The notes under the pieces: generated by a model
What the model was told of the DNA's origin: nothing
What the model saw: the letters and a program-made list of their open reading frames with translations, nothing else
Databases searched by the model: none
Shown: in pieces, positions 47,087 through 56,969 of the stretch
How the letters are laid out: the number at the start of each line of letters is the position of its first letter
Numbering within the stretch: the stretch's first letter is position 1
DNA from: Oligoflexales bacterium
GTDB taxonomy: Bacteria; Bdellovibrionota_B; Oligoflexia; Oligoflexales; Bog-1112
Direction of reading: 5' to 3'
Assembly (NCBI GenBank): GCA_045106415.1
Contig: JBGCEP010000043.1
Span: forward strand, 9,630 to 73,629
Length of the DNA: 64,000 nucleotides
Translations under genes and position numbers: made by a program

Positions 47087-49276
47087 ATGCCTGAAACATT
47101 CTTAGACATCGCTGTAAGCGTCAACCTCAAAAAGACGTTTACGTACACCTGCTCGACAAAAGTTGCCTCAGGATGCCGGGTTCTTGTCCCTTTTGCCAAT
47201 CGAGTTCTCACAGGGGTTGTTTTAGGAGAAACTAAACAACCCGCAGCTACTATTAGAACAAAAGCAATTCAAAGTATTGTTGATGACTCCCCATACTTTC
47301 GTAGCTCTCTAGTCAGCATAGCAAAGTGGATGAGCGACTATTACATTCACCCCATTGGCACAACCTTTCAGACCATGATGCCTGCAACTGTCCAAAAAAA
47401 GAAATATTGGTCTCTCACAGAAAAAGGAAAAGAACACATATCCACAGACCCAGAATCAAATTTGCAAAAGATTTTCAAGAAAAAAAAGCAACTCACCCAC
47501 ACTACCTTCTCAAAGCACTGTAAAGATCTTGACTCCACACCAGAAAAATTTGAACGACAAGGGCTCGTTACAAAGCAGTCTTTTTCAAGCATTCGAACAA
47601 AAGAGACAGCAGCGTCAAAAATTGAACTCAAAAAAGAGCCTCAAAAACAACTCACCACAGCTCAAAAAAAAGCTTTTGACGCGATCATCACCGCACCGTT
47701 AAAACCGACTTTACTCTTTGGAGTCACTGGGTCTGGAAAAACTGAGATTTACCTACAGCTCATTCAAAAAACCTTAGATGAAGACTCTAAATCTCAGGTT
47801 CTTATGCTTGTCCCTGAAATCTCTCTCACCCCTCAAATCACACAAGTATTTGAAAACAGATTCCCAGGACAGGTGGTAACAACACATTCTCGTCTTACTG
47901 AAACCTCTCGTTTAGAGGCCATAGAAAAAATTCGCCATGGTCACAGCTCTATCCTTATTGGTCCTCGGTCTGCTTTATTTGCTCCTTTCCTTCATTTAAA
48001 ACGAATCATTATCGATGAAGAACACGATCACAGCTACAAACAAAACTCCGGACTGACATACCACGGTCGAGATGTTGCTGTTTTACTTTCAAAAATGGAA
48101 AACATTCCTATGACCTTAGGGTCTGCCACTCCCTCTATGGAGTCTTGGAGAAATGCACTGGAAGGAAAATACAATCTAGTTTCGCTTGAAGAACGAGTGA
48201 CTCAGCGCCCTTTACCTCCAATTGAAATACTCGACGCAACAAAAGCTTATCAAATGGCACAGACACTCCCTCAAGATCTGCAGCGTATGCAGGATTCATG
48301 GGTTCCTCTCCACCCGGAGGTTGTTGAAGCTATTGAGCAGAACCACAAAAACGATGGTCAAACGATTTTACTTGTCAACCGAAGAGGGTATGCCTTTCAC
48401 CTCATGAATCCGAAGACTAAAAAAACAATCCAATGCCCTCGCTGCAGCGTCAGCCTCACATTGCACAAGAAGAACTTCCAACTTCGTTGCCACTACTGCG
48501 ACTTTCAACAATCCCTTGCAAAGGCTCGTGAGCAATATGGCCACCTTATCGCTGTAGGGTACGGTAGCCAAAAAGTGGAAGAAACTCTTAAAAAGTCTCT
48601 CTCGCCAGAAATACGAATTGCTCGCCTCGACTCAGACAACGCCAAAGAGTCTTTAACTCAGACTCTTGATGATTTCAGGAGTCGCAAATTCGACATTCTC
48701 GTCGGAACTCAGCTCCTTGCCAAAGGGCATGACTTTCCACAAGTCACACTCGTCGTCCTGCTCGACATCAACCAATCTTTACATCTTCCTGATTTTCGGG
48801 CTGGAGAAAGAACCTTCCAGCTATTAGTACAAGCAGCAGGACGAGCAGGACGCGGAGAAAAAGAAGGAAAAGTGCTAGGCCAAGGATCTGCAGAAGACCC
48901 CCGAGTTCAATTCGGGCTGGAGCATAATTTTCTAGATTTCGCTGCCCTTGAGCTCCAGTTTCGCAAAGCACACAACTACCCCCCTTACAGCCGCCTCATT
49001 TGCATAGAGCTCAACTCAGAGAATCGATCGTTATTAGAAAGACACTGCACTGCTATTCGCAGCTGGATCGACAACCTCGAAATTCCAGAAACAACGATCG
49101 TAGGGCCCACGCCACCTGCTGTTGAAAAAATTCACCATAGATATCGTCAAACTCTTTTATTTTCATCCAAACACCCCGGATATCTTCGCAGAGCAGTGCT
49201 TTATACACTTGAAAGCTGGCCACCACCCTCTCAGATTCGTATGATAGTGGATGTCGATCCACAAGACTTGCTCTGA
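47087..49276 (+). CDS. priA: primosomal protein N' (PriA)
   Basis: FTY...G.RV.VPF, GVTGSGKTEIY, LVPEISLTPQ, DEEHD.SYKQ, GSATPS, NRRGY, CxxC pairs, GTQLLAKGHDFP. Confidence 0.97.
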   Translation: MPETFLDIAVSVNLKKTFTYTCSTKVASGCRVLVPFANRVLTGVVLGETKQPAATIRTKAIQSIVDDSPYFRSSLVSIAKWMSDYYIHPIGTTFQTMMPATVQKKKYWSLTEKGKEHISTDPESNLQKIFKKKKQLTHTTFSKHCKDLDSTPEKFERQGLVTKQSFSSIRTKETAASKIELKKEPQKQLTTAQKKAFDAIITAPLKPTLLFGVTGSGKTEIYLQLIQKTLDEDSKSQVLMLVPEISLTPQITQVFENRFPGQVVTTHSRLTETSRLEAIEKIRHGHSSILIGPRSALFAPFLHLKRIIIDEEHDHSYKQNSGLTYHGRDVAVLLSKMENIPMTLGSATPSMESWRNALEGKYNLVSLEERVTQRPLPPIEILDATKAYQMAQTLPQDLQRMQDSWVPLHPEVVEAIEQNHKNDGQTILLVNRRGYAFHLMNPKTKKTIQCPRCSVSLTLHKKNFQLRCHYCDFQQSLAKAREQYGHLIAVGYGSQKVEETLKKSLSPEIRIARLDSDNAKESLTQTLDDFRSRKFDILVGTQLLAKGHDFPQVTLVVLLDINQSLHLPDFRAGERTFQLLVQAAGRAGRGEKEGKVLGQGSAEDPRVQFGLEHNFLDFAALELQFRKAHNYPPYSRLICIELNSENRSLLERHCTAIRSWIDNLEIPETTIVGPTPPAVEKIHHRYRQTLLFSSKHPGYLRRAVLYTLESWPPPSQIRMIVDVDPQDLL

Positions 49277-49339
49277 TAGGTCTTGTTCTATTCGTACGTC
49301 ACTGCTACGGTTATGGCCACTGTTCGCCTGGAGGTTTTT

Positions 49340-49933
49340 ATGTCACAAGAGTTTGCTTCTCAAGATGTTTTAACGCAAATGTACGAGTCCATTAGAGACA
49401 AGCGCCTGCTTGATGCTCGCTCCATATTTCTATCCGAGGGGGTAGATTCCAGAAGCTCACGCAGAGTTATTGCTGACCTTCTTATTTTGGATCAAGACTC
49501 TCATGAGCCCATTAACTTATTTCTCAACAGCCCCGGCGGTGAGATTAATAGTGGTTTTGCAATCTACGATACGATTCGTTTTATAAAATCTGACGTTCGC
49601 ATCATTACCGCTGGTCTTTGCGCAAGCATTGCAACCATCATCAATATCGCAACAAAAAAAGAAAACAGACTTTCATTACCAAACGGCAAATTTTTAATAC
49701 ACCAGCCGTTAATCATGGGTCATGTTCAAGGCTCTGCATCTGATCTCGAAATCACCGCAAATCAGATTTTGAAGTCTCGCGAAAAAATCAACAAACTTCT
49801 TGCTGAAGAGTGCAAACAACCGCTTGATCGAGTTGAAAAGGATACGACGCGTGACTACTGGATGACAGCTCCAGAGGCTCTCGAATACGGCCTTATCAAC
49901 CGCATCATCACAAGCGTAGATGATCTCGCATAA
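49340..49933 (+). CDS. clpP: ATP-dependent Clp protease proteolytic subunit
   Basis: LNSPGG, GLCASIA (Ser), LIHQP (His), RDYWM (Asp), YGLI; GGAGG RBS. Confidence 0.95.
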   Translation: MSQEFASQDVLTQMYESIRDKRLLDARSIFLSEGVDSRSSRRVIADLLILDQDSHEPINLFLNSPGGEINSGFAIYDTIRFIKSDVRIITAGLCASIATIINIATKKENRLSLPNGKFLIHQPLIMGHVQGSASDLEITANQILKSREKINKLLAEECKQPLDRVEKDTTRDYWMTAPEALEYGLINRIITSVDDLA

Positions 49934-49951
49934 AACAAGATAAAAAATGAC

Positions 49952-49994
49952 ATGGCAGTATTTGCTCGATTTTTCATCAAGCAAATACTGCCAT
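49952..49994. terminator. long inverted repeat between convergent genes
   Basis: ATGGCAGTATTTGCTCGAT-TTTTC-ATCAAGCAAATACTGCCAT (18 of 19 positions complementary). Confidence 0.6.
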
Positions 49995-50065
49995 ATTTCA
50001 TGTCACACTTGCAGTGTGATTACTTAAAAATTCAAAACTAAGAAAGCTTATTCACGCGACTGTGA

Positions 50066-50695
50066 TTAAAACGCCCAACCAAACTCAAAACCAGGGCGGA
50101 ATCGGTCTGCCATCTTGCGAGCGACCTTATTTCGAATCTCACTAGAGCTCTCTTGGATTTCATCATACTCACCACCCACAACTGAATCTCTCACCTTCGC
50201 TTCAAAATGTTCAAACCCAAGATACAACCCAGCCATTACGCCCATATCACTCTGCATCCGGTAGCCTGCTCTTGCATTAAGCGTGTGCCCCTCTAGGTCA
50301 AGGGCGTATGTCTGAGCATCTTCTTCGACAGCTGAAAGCCCTTGAGTCACTTGCGACCATTTCGCAGCAGCCTGGCGGTAGCCAAGACCTGCGCCCCAAT
50401 AAAAACCTGACATATTATGGCCGTAAGTATAACGCGACACCATAAAACGAACCTCTCTTGCCATGCTCAGCAAAGAACGCCCAGGATTTTCTGTTCTTTC
50501 TGTTTGAGTCAGATCTTCTCCAGCACTTTGTCCACCTAACTCAAAGGCAATCCCGCCTTTTTTCATAATATTATACTCTGCACGCCCTGCCCATTCACGA
50601 TCAACCGCAACCAAAGGTAATGTCACTAGAAAAGAGCTCGAAAAAGCCGCATGACTGAAACACAAACACACAAATAAAAATTTAAAATTTTTCAT
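50066..50695 (-). CDS. small outer-membrane beta-barrel protein
   Basis: Signal peptide; GFYWGAGLGY and RAGYR strands; C-terminal FEFGWAF. Confidence 0.7.
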   Translation of the reverse strand: MKNFKFLFVCLCFSHAAFSSSFLVTLPLVAVDREWAGRAEYNIMKKGGIAFELGGQSAGEDLTQTERTENPGRSLLSMAREVRFMVSRYTYGHNMSGFYWGAGLGYRQAAAKWSQVTQGLSAVEEDAQTYALDLEGHTLNARAGYRMQSDMGVMAGLYLGFEHFEAKVRDSVVGGEYDEIQESSSEIRNKVARKMADRFRPGFEFGWAF

Positions 50696-50789
50696 AGAAC
50701 CTCCCGCTATTTAAGTCCATTCTATAAGAAAGCCTCAAGACGATAGTCGGAGGTTTTTGCTTAGCTCAAAAAATCACCGAAAGGACCTT

Positions 50790-51515
50790 ATGCTTAACAT
50801 CGCACATAGAGGAGCCCTTACAGAAGCTCCAGAAAACAGCATGGAAGCTTTCCAAATTGCTTTCAACGTTGGTTCCGAACGTCTCGAACTAGACACACAT
50901 CCCAATTTCGACCAAATCCCGTACGTCATCCACGACGAGACCCTGGATCGCACCACTCAGCTGACAGGGGAAGTTCGAAACAGCACAGTAGGCGAACTTG
51001 CTCAAGCCACTTTAAGCAATGGAGAGCCTATCCCAACACTCCTTCAAGTGATTGAGCGTTTTGCGCCTCAGATGGAAATCAACATTGAGATCAAGGGAAC
51101 GGAGGTTGATTTCATCAAAAACATTGTGACAATGTGTGAAATACATCGCCACAAAATCATTATCTCCAGTGAATTCCTTGACACACTCACTCTTGTTAAA
51201 AAGCTTGATCCTTTACTATCAATAGCTTGCCTTCTTCCTTGTCGCCAAAACAACAATACAAATGAAGAATACACAATGGATGAAGCAATGGCTTTAACTC
51301 ATGCAAAAATAGCTCACCCTGAAGCCAAGCTAGTGACCACAAGCATGATGGAAACAGCTCGAAGAAAAGGATGGGACGTTTTTACTTGGATCTCACGTCA
51401 CGATGAGGAAAAACAACCTGAAGATATCTGGGAAAAACTCCAAAACCTCGGGGTTCACGGCCATTGCACCAATCAACCCCGATCTTTCAAGCGGTGGCTT
51501 GACTCACAAAGATGA
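50790..51515 (+). CDS. glycerophosphodiester phosphodiesterase
   Basis: IAHRGA...APENSMEAF, ELD, VIHDETLDRTT, IPTL, NIEIK, TNQP. Confidence 0.93.
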   Translation: MLNIAHRGALTEAPENSMEAFQIAFNVGSERLELDTHPNFDQIPYVIHDETLDRTTQLTGEVRNSTVGELAQATLSNGEPIPTLLQVIERFAPQMEINIEIKGTEVDFIKNIVTMCEIHRHKIIISSEFLDTLTLVKKLDPLLSIACLLPCRQNNNTNEEYTMDEAMALTHAKIAHPEAKLVTTSMMETARRKGWDVFTWISRHDEEKQPEDIWEKLQNLGVHGHCTNQPRSFKRWLDSQR

Positions 51516-53156
51516 TTCACTCTGAATTTTAAGAGGAGATTTTGCATCGAAGACCATCGTACGAGTTGGGTATGCAAAATCAACTTCCATCTCTTTCGCA
51601 AGCTTCATAATAGATAAGAAGATTTCTTCTCTGACTTTTAATTCTGCCTCATAATTTGACACATCCAAAAAGAAATACAACATAATATCGAGCGAAGAAG
51701 CTCCAAATCCATCAAATGCAACTCGAAGCACTTGAGGGTTAACCTCTGATCTTTCTTTTAAAAGATTTTTAACATTTCGAATAAAAGCTTCAAGAGTGTC
51801 AGCCGGGGTACTATAAACAACTTGCAATGTTGTCACTGTTCTACGAGAAACTCTTTTCCCCATATTATCGATTTTTTGATTCGCCATATCAGCATTAGGA
51901 ATAGCAACTTCTGAATCATAAAATGTTCGTATACGAGTTGAGCGAAAACCAACTTCTGTCACCACACCTGAAACAGTTCCAACTTTGATATAATCTCCAG
52001 ATTTAAATGGTTGATCCCATAAAATCATCACTGAACCAAACAAGTTTGCCGCAGTATCTTTTGCAGCAAGAGCAAAAGCTAAACCACCCAGACCAACTCC
52101 TGCCAATAACGACATGACATTAATACCTAAGTTTTGTAAAACCAGCAGCACACCAAAAATCACAATACAAGCACGCAAAGCCTTACTTAAAATGGGGACC
52201 AATTGATCATCTAAAGGAGAATCTGTTCGGCTTGCTAAAGAACGCAACACATGCTCAAGAAAATTAGAAAATCGATAGATCAACCAAATAGAGGCCACGC
52301 TCAATAAGACTTGGGTTATCATTACAAAAAATTGAAGAGGATAACCATCAAAACGCAAAAGCCGGATTCCAATCCACCAAGTTCCCGCGATCACCATCAT
52401 TCCTAGCGGTGGACGAGCGAGCTCTAACGCTTCTAGCACTTCGTTGCTCGAAAAAGAAACACGAGACGCTCTTGCCCAAACAACAAAGAAAAGACCTCGG
52501 AACACAGAGCTCAAAAAAAGAAAGCTCAACACTCCCAACCATTGCCACTGAAAAAGACCTAAAAACTCATACTGTAGCCACTCTGGAAAAGCAGCTTCAA
52601 ACCAAGGTTTTTCATAAAAAGCTCCTCCCTCTGACACTGTAAAAGGAAGATGTTCTACTTTTTGATAAAATTCTTTCGCTCTGCGTACTGTTTCTGGAGA
52701 AAACAAAAAATCTCCACCTCTTTCACCTGCCTCAACTTTCAAAATAACGATTTCAGTCTTCGGAATCACCCAACGTTGAAAATCTAAATCGCTACGATTC
52801 GGAGCCTGCATCAAAACCTTAGGATCTAAACGGTCCAAGATTTCTTTTAAAAACACTGCTGTTTCAGCTCCAACATCTGCTTTTAAAAGCGCGGGGACTT
52901 TTTCAAGATTCAACGCACGCACAGCATCTTTTATTCTTGCGCTTAACACTGGATTCTTCTCATGAATGCCTTTACGATAATCTTTCATAGCACTGACAAA
53001 ACTCATAAGACTTTTTGCAGGGTTTGAAGTTTCAACAGGCTCCAAAGGGCCCCGCGAAAACCCCACACTGCATAAACAAAAAAGGACGGTTATGACAACT
53101 GCACTTTTCAGCTGTACGAAAACTCGCAATATTTTACTTATCTTTTGCATCATCAT
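51504..53156 (-). CDS. mechanosensitive channel, MscS family, with an N-terminal periplasmic domain
   Basis: LLAGVGLGGLAFALAAKDT.ANLFG, PFKSGD.I, GFRSTRIRT, IPN, FAYPTRT; start uncertain. Confidence 0.92.
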   Translation of the reverse strand: MMMQKISKILRVFVQLKSAVVITVLFCLCSVGFSRGPLEPVETSNPAKSLMSFVSAMKDYRKGIHEKNPVLSARIKDAVRALNLEKVPALLKADVGAETAVFLKEILDRLDPKVLMQAPNRSDLDFQRWVIPKTEIVILKVEAGERGGDFLFSPETVRRAKEFYQKVEHLPFTVSEGGAFYEKPWFEAAFPEWLQYEFLGLFQWQWLGVLSFLFLSSVFRGLFFVVWARASRVSFSSNEVLEALELARPPLGMMVIAGTWWIGIRLLRFDGYPLQFFVMITQVLLSVASIWLIYRFSNFLEHVLRSLASRTDSPLDDQLVPILSKALRACIVIFGVLLVLQNLGINVMSLLAGVGLGGLAFALAAKDTAANLFGSVMILWDQPFKSGDYIKVGTVSGVVTEVGFRSTRIRTFYDSEVAIPNADMANQKIDNMGKRVSRRTVTTLQVVYSTPADTLEAFIRNVKNLLKERSEVNPQVLRVAFDGFGASSLDIMLYFFLDVSNYEAELKVREEIFLSIMKLAKEMEVDFAYPTRTMVFDAKSPLKIQSESSL

Positions 53157-53949
53157 TCCTCTGTCATCTTCTGGAAAAAACACTTCAAAAATCATTCAAA
53201 ACCTACCCGTTCGACTCTGCGTACAAACGTTCAACACATACGGACCATTCTACGGATCTAATCTCAATACACGTATGCGCGCAATGGCTCAAGCATTGAA
53301 AAATCACCCTTGCCATATCATACACCTTCAAGAAGTCTGGCTTCCTTACCACAAACAATATCTTTCCGAACAGTTCAAACAACTAGGTTTTGCTCAACAC
53401 TACCCAAACAACGCTCACAAAAACATGGGACTCATGAGCATATTCCATACACAACCCCACCAAGTATCTTCTCTCCCATTTCAATCTCACGGTTTTTTCT
53501 TTAACCCGTTCGATTGGGCAAGAACTCTTTTCAAGGTCCGTAAAGGTTTCGGCTACGCAACAATTCAATGGCAAAACCAAACTGTCCACAGCTACAACAC
53601 GCACCTTCACCCTATATCTTCTGTTTTACAGCAACAACAGCTACAAGAACTTCGCAATCACATCTCTCAACACCCTAAAAATGAAAAAATCGTCCTGGCT
53701 GGCGACTTTAATCTACCAATCACTCACCCACTGATCCAAGAGTTTCTCAAACAAACAAAGCTTTCAGCAGCCCCCGTGACCGAACCTACCTACGACAGTA
53801 GTAATCCATTTTATTGGGGTGGAGGCTCAAGAACCATCGACCATATTTTATATAAAAATCTCATAGTTACAGACACTGTTATAAACCTTAGGTCTCACGA
53901 CAGCACTCCTTTATCTGATCATTTTGGGGTGCGAGCCTTGTTCAAGTGA
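53092..53949 (+). CDS. endonuclease/exonuclease/phosphatase (EEP) family, sphingomyelinase-like
   Basis: TFN, LQEVW, KG, NTHL, LAGDFN, TIDHIL, LSDHFGV. Confidence 0.88.
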   Translation: MTTALFSCTKTRNILLIFCIIIPLSSSGKNTSKIIQNLPVRLCVQTFNTYGPFYGSNLNTRMRAMAQALKNHPCHIIHLQEVWLPYHKQYLSEQFKQLGFAQHYPNNAHKNMGLMSIFHTQPHQVSSLPFQSHGFFFNPFDWARTLFKVRKGFGYATIQWQNQTVHSYNTHLHPISSVLQQQQLQELRNHISQHPKNEKIVLAGDFNLPITHPLIQEFLKQTKLSAAPVTEPTYDSSNPFYWGGGSRTIDHILYKNLIVTDTVINLRSHDSTPLSDHFGVRALFK

Positions 53950-54019
53950 ATTAACCCTTCCGCAATCATTAAAATCTGTTATAGGTTACGCCCTGGTCTC
54001 ATGGAGAAGGGGTATAACT

Positions 54020-54703
54020 ATGAGAATTTTAGTCGTAGAAGATGATGTGGCTCTAGCCGACCTTTTAGGTCGCTGCCTTCGAGAAGAAAGTTACGCTGTA
54101 GACATTGCAAATGACGGCCAGAATGGCGAATGGATGGCTCATGATAATCCATATGACTTAGTCATCCTTGATATCATGCTTCCTGTAAAAAATGGCCTCG
54201 ACGTTCTTTATGACTTAAGAAAAGAAGGCATAAAAACCCCTATTCTCCTCCTCACGGCTAAAGACGGCACATGCGACATTGTGGACGGCTTGGACAATGG
54301 CGCTGACGACTATCTCACAAAGCCATTCAGTCTTGATGAGTTGACAGCTCGTATCCGAGCTTTACTCCGAAGACAAAAAGAAAGCGATCCACCCAGACTC
54401 TCAGCCGGCCCCATCTCTATTGATCCGAAACGTCGCGAGATCTCTTTAAAGGGCGAACCCCTTGAAGTGACAGCCAAAGAATATGCACTTCTGGAGTATT
54501 TTGTTCGTAATAAAGGGCATGTCTTAAGCCGAGTTCAACTCTCCGAACATGTTTGGGATGCTCATTTTGAACCAAATTCAAATGTCGTCGATGTCTACGT
54601 GGGCTACGTTCGAAGTAAATTACAAAAAATTTCTGGAACAAACCTAATCAAAACCGTCCGAGGACATGGTTATATGCTTGATGTGGAGGCTATGAGCCAT
54701 TGA
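54020..54703 (+). CDS. OmpR-family response regulator (CusR/CzcR-like)
   Basis: MRILVVEDD, LDIMLP, LLLTA, GADDYLTKPF, SNVVDVYV.Y.R.K, TVRG.GY. Confidence 0.95.
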   Translation: MRILVVEDDVALADLLGRCLREESYAVDIANDGQNGEWMAHDNPYDLVILDIMLPVKNGLDVLYDLRKEGIKTPILLLTAKDGTCDIVDGLDNGADDYLTKPFSLDELTARIRALLRRQKESDPPRLSAGPISIDPKRREISLKGEPLEVTAKEYALLEYFVRNKGHVLSRVQLSEHVWDAHFEPNSNVVDVYVGYVRSKLQKISGTNLIKTVRGHGYMLDVEAMSH

Positions 54704-56256
54704 TTGCAAACCGCATTCCATTCACGCTGAAGCTCTCCTTAGGCCACGGTATTTGGATGGCTTGCTTATTTACGTTTCTAGGGCTCAGTGTTTACAAAGT
54801 TGTGAGCCATGTTTTATTAAATTCAGTCGACATTGCATTACTTTCAACAGCTGAATCTATTCGCGATTCTCATCATTCTCACCGACAAGCTCATATTTCA
54901 CCCGGTGAACTTTTAAGCATGATTTTAGAGGCAGACCATTTTGACGCTGTTGATGACTTTATGGGGGCTCGAACGGTCCGCCCGTTTGCTCAACTGATTC
55001 ATGTTTCCGGCAAAGTTCGTTCTCGAAGCATCAATCATCAAGTCTCCTTACCCGTGAGCCGACTCGCTGTCACTCGCGCAGAACTTGGAGACGCAACCCT
55101 GGAAACTTTCGGTAGCGATGGGGATTCTATTCGTCAAATAACAATCCCTGTCTTTCAAAGAGGTTACTTCACCGGTGATTTGATTCAAGTCGGCACATCA
55201 TTAAGAGAGGCTTATCGTGCTCTTCGTATTCTAGCAGCAGGCTTATCCACAATTTTACCCTGCCTGTTATTTTTATCTATTCTGGTAGGGTATCGCCTGA
55301 CAGCACAAGCATTAAGACCTGTTCGTGATATTGCTCGCGCCGCTGCCAGCTTAGGTATTGACGACATGAGCATTCGCCTACCTGTCCCCAAAGCCCGAGA
55401 CGAACTTCAAAACCTTACAAATACTTTTAATGCAATGCTTGATCGCCTCGAAGAGTCGGTCACAAAACTACAGCGCTTTGCTGGCGCAGCCTCTCACGAG
55501 CTACGAACACCATTAGCCGTTTTACGTGGTGAAGCAGAGTTCGCCCTCAGGCGAGAACGGAGCAATGATGACTACCGTAAAAGCCTCAGCAATATTGTGA
55601 ACGAGTCTCAGCAAATGACTATGATTGTCGAAGATTTACTTTTATTTGCAAGAGCTCAAAGTCGCGCTCTTCATATGAGCTGGGCATCCTTGGGGCTCGG
55701 GCAATTTATCGCATCCCTACGACAAATGGTAGACCCTGTTTTTGAACAACTTGATGTTGAGCTTGAGGTGCTCTACCCAGATAATGTCAACATCGAGGCT
55801 TCCCCTCGATATTTATCACTCGCTATGAAAAATATTTTGCAAAATGCAGCGCAGCACTCTCCTGCACACTCAAAAGTTAGGCTCAGTATTTCTCGTCAAG
55901 GACCATGGCTAGAGATGACTATTCAAGACCATGGTCACGGCATCCCTCCAGAGGCTGTTCCTCATGTCTTCGAAGCTTTTTACAGGGTTGATACAGCCAG
56001 AACACGCACAAGCGGCGGCTCCGGCGTAGGACTTTCTCTTACGAAGGCTCTCATACAACTTCACAGCGGGACTGTTGAAGTCAGCTCTGAACTGGGCAAA
56101 GGAACTCGATTTGAAATTCGCATTCCCCAAGATCATTTACTAGAAAAACCAGAGATCAATGAAGCGTTACCGCAGAGTCATTCCGCGTCTGTATCCAATC
56201 GCGCATCTGCGGCAAGACGCTCTCGACCCAAGAGTGAGAAACTCGAACCTTCATAA
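54700..56256 (+). CDS. sensor histidine kinase with HAMP domain (CusS/CzcS-like)
   Basis: Two TM helices, HAMP, ASHELRTPL, NILQNA, DHGHGI, FYRVD, GGSGVGLS. Confidence 0.95.
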   Translation: MIANRIPFTLKLSLGHGIWMACLFTFLGLSVYKVVSHVLLNSVDIALLSTAESIRDSHHSHRQAHISPGELLSMILEADHFDAVDDFMGARTVRPFAQLIHVSGKVRSRSINHQVSLPVSRLAVTRAELGDATLETFGSDGDSIRQITIPVFQRGYFTGDLIQVGTSLREAYRALRILAAGLSTILPCLLFLSILVGYRLTAQALRPVRDIARAAASLGIDDMSIRLPVPKARDELQNLTNTFNAMLDRLEESVTKLQRFAGAASHELRTPLAVLRGEAEFALRRERSNDDYRKSLSNIVNESQQMTMIVEDLLLFARAQSRALHMSWASLGLGQFIASLRQMVDPVFEQLDVELEVLYPDNVNIEASPRYLSLAMKNILQNAAQHSPAHSKVRLSISRQGPWLEMTIQDHGHGIPPEAVPHVFEAFYRVDTARTRTSGGSGVGLSLTKALIQLHSGTVEVSSELGKGTRFEIRIPQDHLLEKPEINEALPQSHSASVSNRASAARRSRPKSEKLEPS

Positions 56257-56740
56257 ATTCAGAAAATAAAATATCAAGAGCCTGTGAAAAAACCTCCACT
56301 AGAGCCATACGAGAATCCAGCTCATTCTCCTCTTGCTCCGGCAAAGCAGGTAACCTCAAAGAGGCTGGCTCAAGAGTTTCACCCTTTAACAGCACTGAGA
56401 AATCACCAACACTCTTCACATGAAGCCCTAAGCGCATTTCCTTCACAATACGACCATTCGCCAAAGCCACTGCCGCCTCACGACTTTTACTAGGAACCCC
56501 ACCAGTTAAAAGCTGCGTATGCCCTTTATAACGAGAGCTTTCCATAAGAAGGCGGTCATCAACCCAAAAACGTACAGTTTTTTGACCTGAACCCATAGGA
56601 TATTCACACTGAGATTTCTCTGCAGAATACCAAAGCCATGCCAAAAACTCGTTTCCTAAATAGTTTTTAGCATCAGCAACTTGAGCAAGATCAAACTCAG
56701 AATTTTTGTCGGAGAAAGCTTCTATAAAACTTTGGCTCAT
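56156..56740 (-). CDS. hypothetical protein (possibly RdgC-related)
   Basis: YLGNEFLAWLWY and EA..AL..G....E motifs recalled from an RdgC-like family; assignment tentative. Confidence 0.55.
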   Translation of the reverse strand: MSQSFIEAFSDKNSEFDLAQVADAKNYLGNEFLAWLWYSAEKSQCEYPMGSGQKTVRFWVDDRLLMESSRYKGHTQLLTGGVPSKSREAAVALANGRIVKEMRLGLHVKSVGDFSVLLKGETLEPASLRLPALPEQEENELDSRMALVEVFSQALDILFSEFMKVRVSHSWVESVLPQMRDWIQTRNDSAVTLH

Positions 56741-56767
56741 ACTTAAAAGCCCTTATTTGAAATAATT

Positions 56768-56919
56768 TTATCAAAATCACAACAAAGATTAGATAGATCC
56801 ACAAAACCCATTTTTCAGGCTGTGCATAACCTGTTGATAACTTTTTTACATATAGATGCAAACCACCAATATAACAAGGTTATGTTTAGTCTATATTATA
56901 AAGTTTTGGTTGTGGAAAA
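56768..56919. other. DnaA-box cluster, candidate replication origin or DnaA-titration site
   Basis: TGTGCATAA (56821-29), TGTTGATAA (56832-40) and TGTGGAAAA (56911-19), each 1 mismatch from TGTGGATAA; weaker AGATCCACA and TTATCAAAA; GATTAGATAGAT tract; AT-rich. Confidence 0.5.
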
Positions 56920-56969
56920 CGTACCGCTGGATCATCAGCATCCTATACTGTCTTTTTTAGAAATCAAAG

